This document shows, one piece after another, positions 60,298-64,000 of a stretch of 64,000 nt of DNA; the first letter of the stretch is position 1; each line of letters begins with the position of its first letter. The DNA is from Takakia lepidozioides (taxonomy: Eukaryota > Plantae > Bryophyta): NCBI GenBank assembly GCA_030704615.1, contig CM060731.1, positions 76,632,001 through 76,696,000 of the forward strand, given 5' to 3'. Below the pieces are notes generated by a model. It made no database searches and was not told the origin of the DNA. It saw only the letters and a program-made list of their open reading frames with translations. The position numbers were made by a program, and so were the translations under genes.

Positions 60298-60560
60298 GCT
60301 CTGGCGATGCAGTCTGTTGTCTTCAACTGTTTCATATGAAAGTTTTTTAAAGCTTGGCTGCCTCAGGAGCATGGGCGTGCTTTGATGAATTCAATCGGAT
60401 TGATGTTGAGGTGTTGTCTGTGATAGCCCAACAGATTCTCACCGTTCAGCGGGCCATAATGGATAATGTGACACATTTTAAGTTGGAAGGGACATATATG
60501 TCACTCGTTCCAACGTGCACATGTTCCATCTTGTTCATGTAGGCAGGGCTGACCTGTCTG
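60298..60560 (+). pseudogene. Axonemal dynein heavy chain AAA1 exon remnant
   Basis: After an AG acceptor it reads ALAMQSVVFNC[deletion]...FFK[G][35 protein letters not shown]....[19 protein letters not shown]. It is frameshifted and isolated. Confidence 0.88.
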
Positions 60561-60726
60561 TTCATGTTTCTCTTCAAGTTGTGACTATTGGTCCCGTGTT
60601 GTGGCCCTTCTGTATCTGAGAAATAAACCCGAGCCCATTACAGAAGTTCAATTCCTCATCCTCTCTGATCTTATTCAACCTCAATAGAGAGAACTTTATT
60701 GACAACCTACCCATGAATGAAAGTGA

Positions 60727-61385
60727 TGGAGCTTGGAGATTTGTTAGGCTGAATAAGGCTTCTACACTCTGGCTCAGCAGCACTTCAGGTGCTTGGAGTC
60801 GAACTTTGTCTATGGCAGACGTGTTTGAGGCATTTTGCAGAATGACATTATTGTAATCTCTTGTTTACCTCTCTACCCATGCCGATTCAAACAGCGAAAA
60901 GAATGAAAGAATGGGAAAAAAAAACCTTCGTTATATTTTTCTTGGAAGGCTATGCAAAGAGATGGAACTAAGTAATGTCCACTACTATATTGTTACTCAT
61001 TAGCTTGTGCTTACCATAGCACATAACCAAAGACCATATGCCACTGGAGCCTGGAGATTTGTTAGGCTGAATAAGCAATTCTACACTCTGGCTTAGCAGC
61101 ACTTCAGGTGCTTGGAGTCGAACTTTGTTTGTGGCATCCAAGAGAATCATTTTCTTGTGGATTGTAAAGTATTGGACAAGTGTTTGAGGAATTATCGTAA
61201 TCTATTGTTTACCTCTCTACCTATGCCGATTAAAGAATGAAAGAAAAAATAAATAAATAAAATCATATCTTTCTTGGAAGGCTTTGCAAAGAGATAGAAC
61301 TAAACAATGCCCACTACTGTATTGTTACTCATTAGCATGTACTTACGTGCTTACCATGGCACAATACCAGAGACTATATGCCACT
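60727..61385. repeat. Tandem duplication, 2 copies of about 320-340 bp
   Basis: tggagc(t/c)tggagatttgttaggctgaataag starts at 60727 and 61045; both units end ga(c/t)..tatgccact. Confidence 0.9.
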
Positions 61386-62138
61386 TTGCGCAGAGCATAT
61401 ATATGTGGCCGGTGGAGAGGAGGTCATGCTTTTAGGTTGCCTCACTGTGCTCGTGACCGATACCCATTGTATCGTTCGATATTATATGAAAGTGGTTACG
61501 AACATCAAGGTCCTACTAATCGGTGCAATATTGTCGGGAAACATATTTAGATTTTTCTGTAGGGCTAAATGTACCCAGCCATTTTTGTCCATTTTCTCCC
61601 TTAAACGGTGGGCAGGGTCCATGCAGGAAGAACGCTCTTAGTCAGCCTCCATGGCATGCCATGCCATGTTATTTTTTCCTCCACTTTCAATATATTCTTG
61701 GGCATTCGCCATTTTCTCCAAAAATTGAAAATAAAGAATTGGGGCATATTATATTAGTCCAATCTCCTTAATGCACTACAAATTGCATGCACTTCTCACT
61801 CATGCAAATATAATAGAGATGCACATAAATCAAAGGTTCATCCTATGGATGATTGGGGATAAAAAGTTACACCCTAGTTGATGAGGGTATGCATTTTTTC
61901 TTTAGCGGGCCACCAAAAGGGTGCTCGTCCTTTAGGGGTAAAAAAACGCCTAATCGGCCATCCGATAGGGGTGCAGATTTTGCAATCAAGGATGGAAAAA
62001 GCTGTAGGCCTTTTTAGGGGTTAACTACATAGTCGGAAAATAGTGTAGTGGCAAAACATACAAATGGACAATGCCAAGTCTTTGATTGAATGAGTAAATT
62101 CATCTTCCGCTAGGTTAGTGAAAACTTGACTATGGACT

Positions 62139-62232
62139 AAGTAACCGGCGAGAAGCCCCTAGTTACTGGGAATAGTCGGTGCATTAGCGGCGAGACTGTT
62201 CCTAGTAACCAGGGGCTTGGAGCCGGTTACTT
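62139..62232. repeat. Imperfect 94-bp inverted repeat (hairpin)
   Basis: AAGTAACCGGC..AAGCCCCTAGTTACTGGGAATAGTC pairs with GACTGTTCCTAGTAACCAGGGGCTT..GCCGGTTACTT. Confidence 0.85.
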
Positions 62233-64000
62233 GACATAACCAGCTATGGGGGATGGCAAGCCTTTCCGGTTACTCACGAGGTTATGAAGGGTTTAGACCG
62301 ATTCAGCCGGTTTAATCTAGGAGGTACCTGGTTGCACGGTAGGTAGGTCTTGCAAAGGTTCTAAGGTTTCAGGATTTTTCTTCATATTTCTTTAGGTTGT
62401 GGCAGTTTAGTGTCAAGGAAGAGCCAAACTCAGCTTGAGTTTCTTTATGATTTTAGTCCTACAACGTTGGCTCATTCTTTAGCAGTGTTTTTCTACGACG
62501 TTCAGAATCGTGATGGTACTCCTATGTCTACCACGAAATTGTTCTTTCAGTTTTGCATTCTGTTTTTGGTACGTTCGGAGAGTTCTATTTTGCACTATTG
62601 ATGATGATAGGGACTCGGCGAACAAGATCTTCAAGACTGAAGAATGAGGAAGCCGTATCTGCATTGGATAATGCTTTACTAGAGACCTAGCTTCGAGCTC
62701 TTGCCGCCATCTCCATGGACTCCTGCGTCCTCTATCGAGAACTCCAGAGTGAAGAATAAGCGTTGTATCAAGGGCTTTTGTAGATGTTAGTCGTCCGTCT
62801 ACAGAGTCTTCTGTTCTATAGGCACCGTTTACACCAAAAGCTTGTTGGTGGTGGAGTTGTGCAGCACGTTATTGATTCTGGGAGAAGATTAGATAAGATA
62901 ATCGTGGCAGTTTATTTCTTCTGGCGCAGCCATTAGCTATTAGGAATGATGAGGGCTTTCCTTTCAGATCTAGTAATCCTTTTCAAGGTTTTCTCTAATT
63001 TTAGTGGAGGCATGTTGAATCTGTTTCACTTCTCTGCTGTGGATCCAATCGCAGTTGCTAGAGATGTTTTACGCTAGGGTGATGTTGCCAAAGGGCAGTG
63101 ATCTTTTGGTGTGACTTTCATGAGAAAAAAACAATAATAAAACAAAAACAAAGTTGTACACAATGTACAACGAGTTAAAAAGCTTTCTCTCGTGTATCAA
63201 TGAATGAATAGTTGTGGTATCTGGGAATGTTGATGAAATCTAAATGAAATATTGATATTCTATCTGGACCAATGTGGATGAATGAATCTTTCTGTCCATG
63301 TACACAATTAGTTATGGATGATTTCTGTCCATGTACAGAGCTGGTTATGAATAATCTGTCCATGAAGAGGAGTTTCTGCGGACGGAGTAGGTACGAAACT
63401 GAAAAGTAGATAGATGGTTATGGGAAGTAACTTGTGAGTGGAGAACCAATGAGAATGCAGGAAAGTAGCTAGCCATTCCCTACAGCTGGTTTGTGAAGCC
63501 TGATTCTGGAGCTATGGGTTTATTCCCCTTCCTCTACCGGACAAAGCTCTATAAGGGGGATGTAGTCGATAGAGGGTTTGGCAGAGAAGACGGAATCTCA
63601 CTAAGAGGACGCAACAGACTCAAACATCCAAAAACATTCATAAGCCACTTAAGCACACCATTGCGCTCAGTACTCACACACGTAAGATGAAATCCACCAC
63701 CCTTCTTGCCACGGCAGAGGGGTTTAAATAGTATTAGGGCATAATCTAATCCTAGCGCCACGTGGCACATACACATAGGCTTTCCAAATGTTGTTCCAGC
63801 CTGACCATAGAAAGAAGCCACATCACCCAGTTCCATCCTAATCTGATCCTAAACTAGCTATTAGAATAAGACATTATATAATAAAGCCATAAGTTGTTGC
63901 CAGGTCATCCTCATGCGCAAGGTGTAAGTTCATCCAAACTTCATCCCGGTTCCGTCCATCCCTAAATCATCTGGAGCGCATCCTTCCTCCGTTCATCCAA

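Noticed and set aside
63280-63365. Three 31-33 bp repeats containing CTGTCCATG
   Set aside because: An ordinary short degenerate tandem repeat with no associated structure.

Overview
Eukaryotic, repeat-rich land-plant genomic DNA. Spliceosomal GT-AG introns, germin, MADS-box and PYD2 genes, and an axonemal dynein heavy-chain remnant point to a lineage with flagellated sperm (bryophyte, lycophyte or fern; inference). Only two long protein-coding genes look intact: an intronless SAM-dependent methyltransferase (21023-22000, -) and a 13-exon dihydropyrimidinase PYD2 (46910-53019, +). The rest is mostly nested transposons: a hAT and a CACTA/CMC element flanking a Copia remnant, hAT MITEs with 8-bp TSDs, a Crypton-like tyrosine-recombinase element, a TTAA/CCC piggyBac-like MITE, a chromoviral Gypsy 3' end, a full-length L1-type LINE carrying a CACTA insertion, tRNA-derived SINEs and a probable Helitron. 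Decayed genes include three germin-like copies, an intronless MADS+K-box gene with an acidic tandem-repeat tail, MCM8 with an inverted segment, and the dynein remnant. The most notable signals are: (i) the Crypton-like element with related terminal motifs and a possible second copy elsewhere in the window; (ii) an intact 53-aa peptide uORF with an ATGA-overlapping 19-aa uORF at 56499-56716, absent from the ORF track; (iii) the piggyBac-type element. All family assignments come from manual motif recognition; no database search was run.
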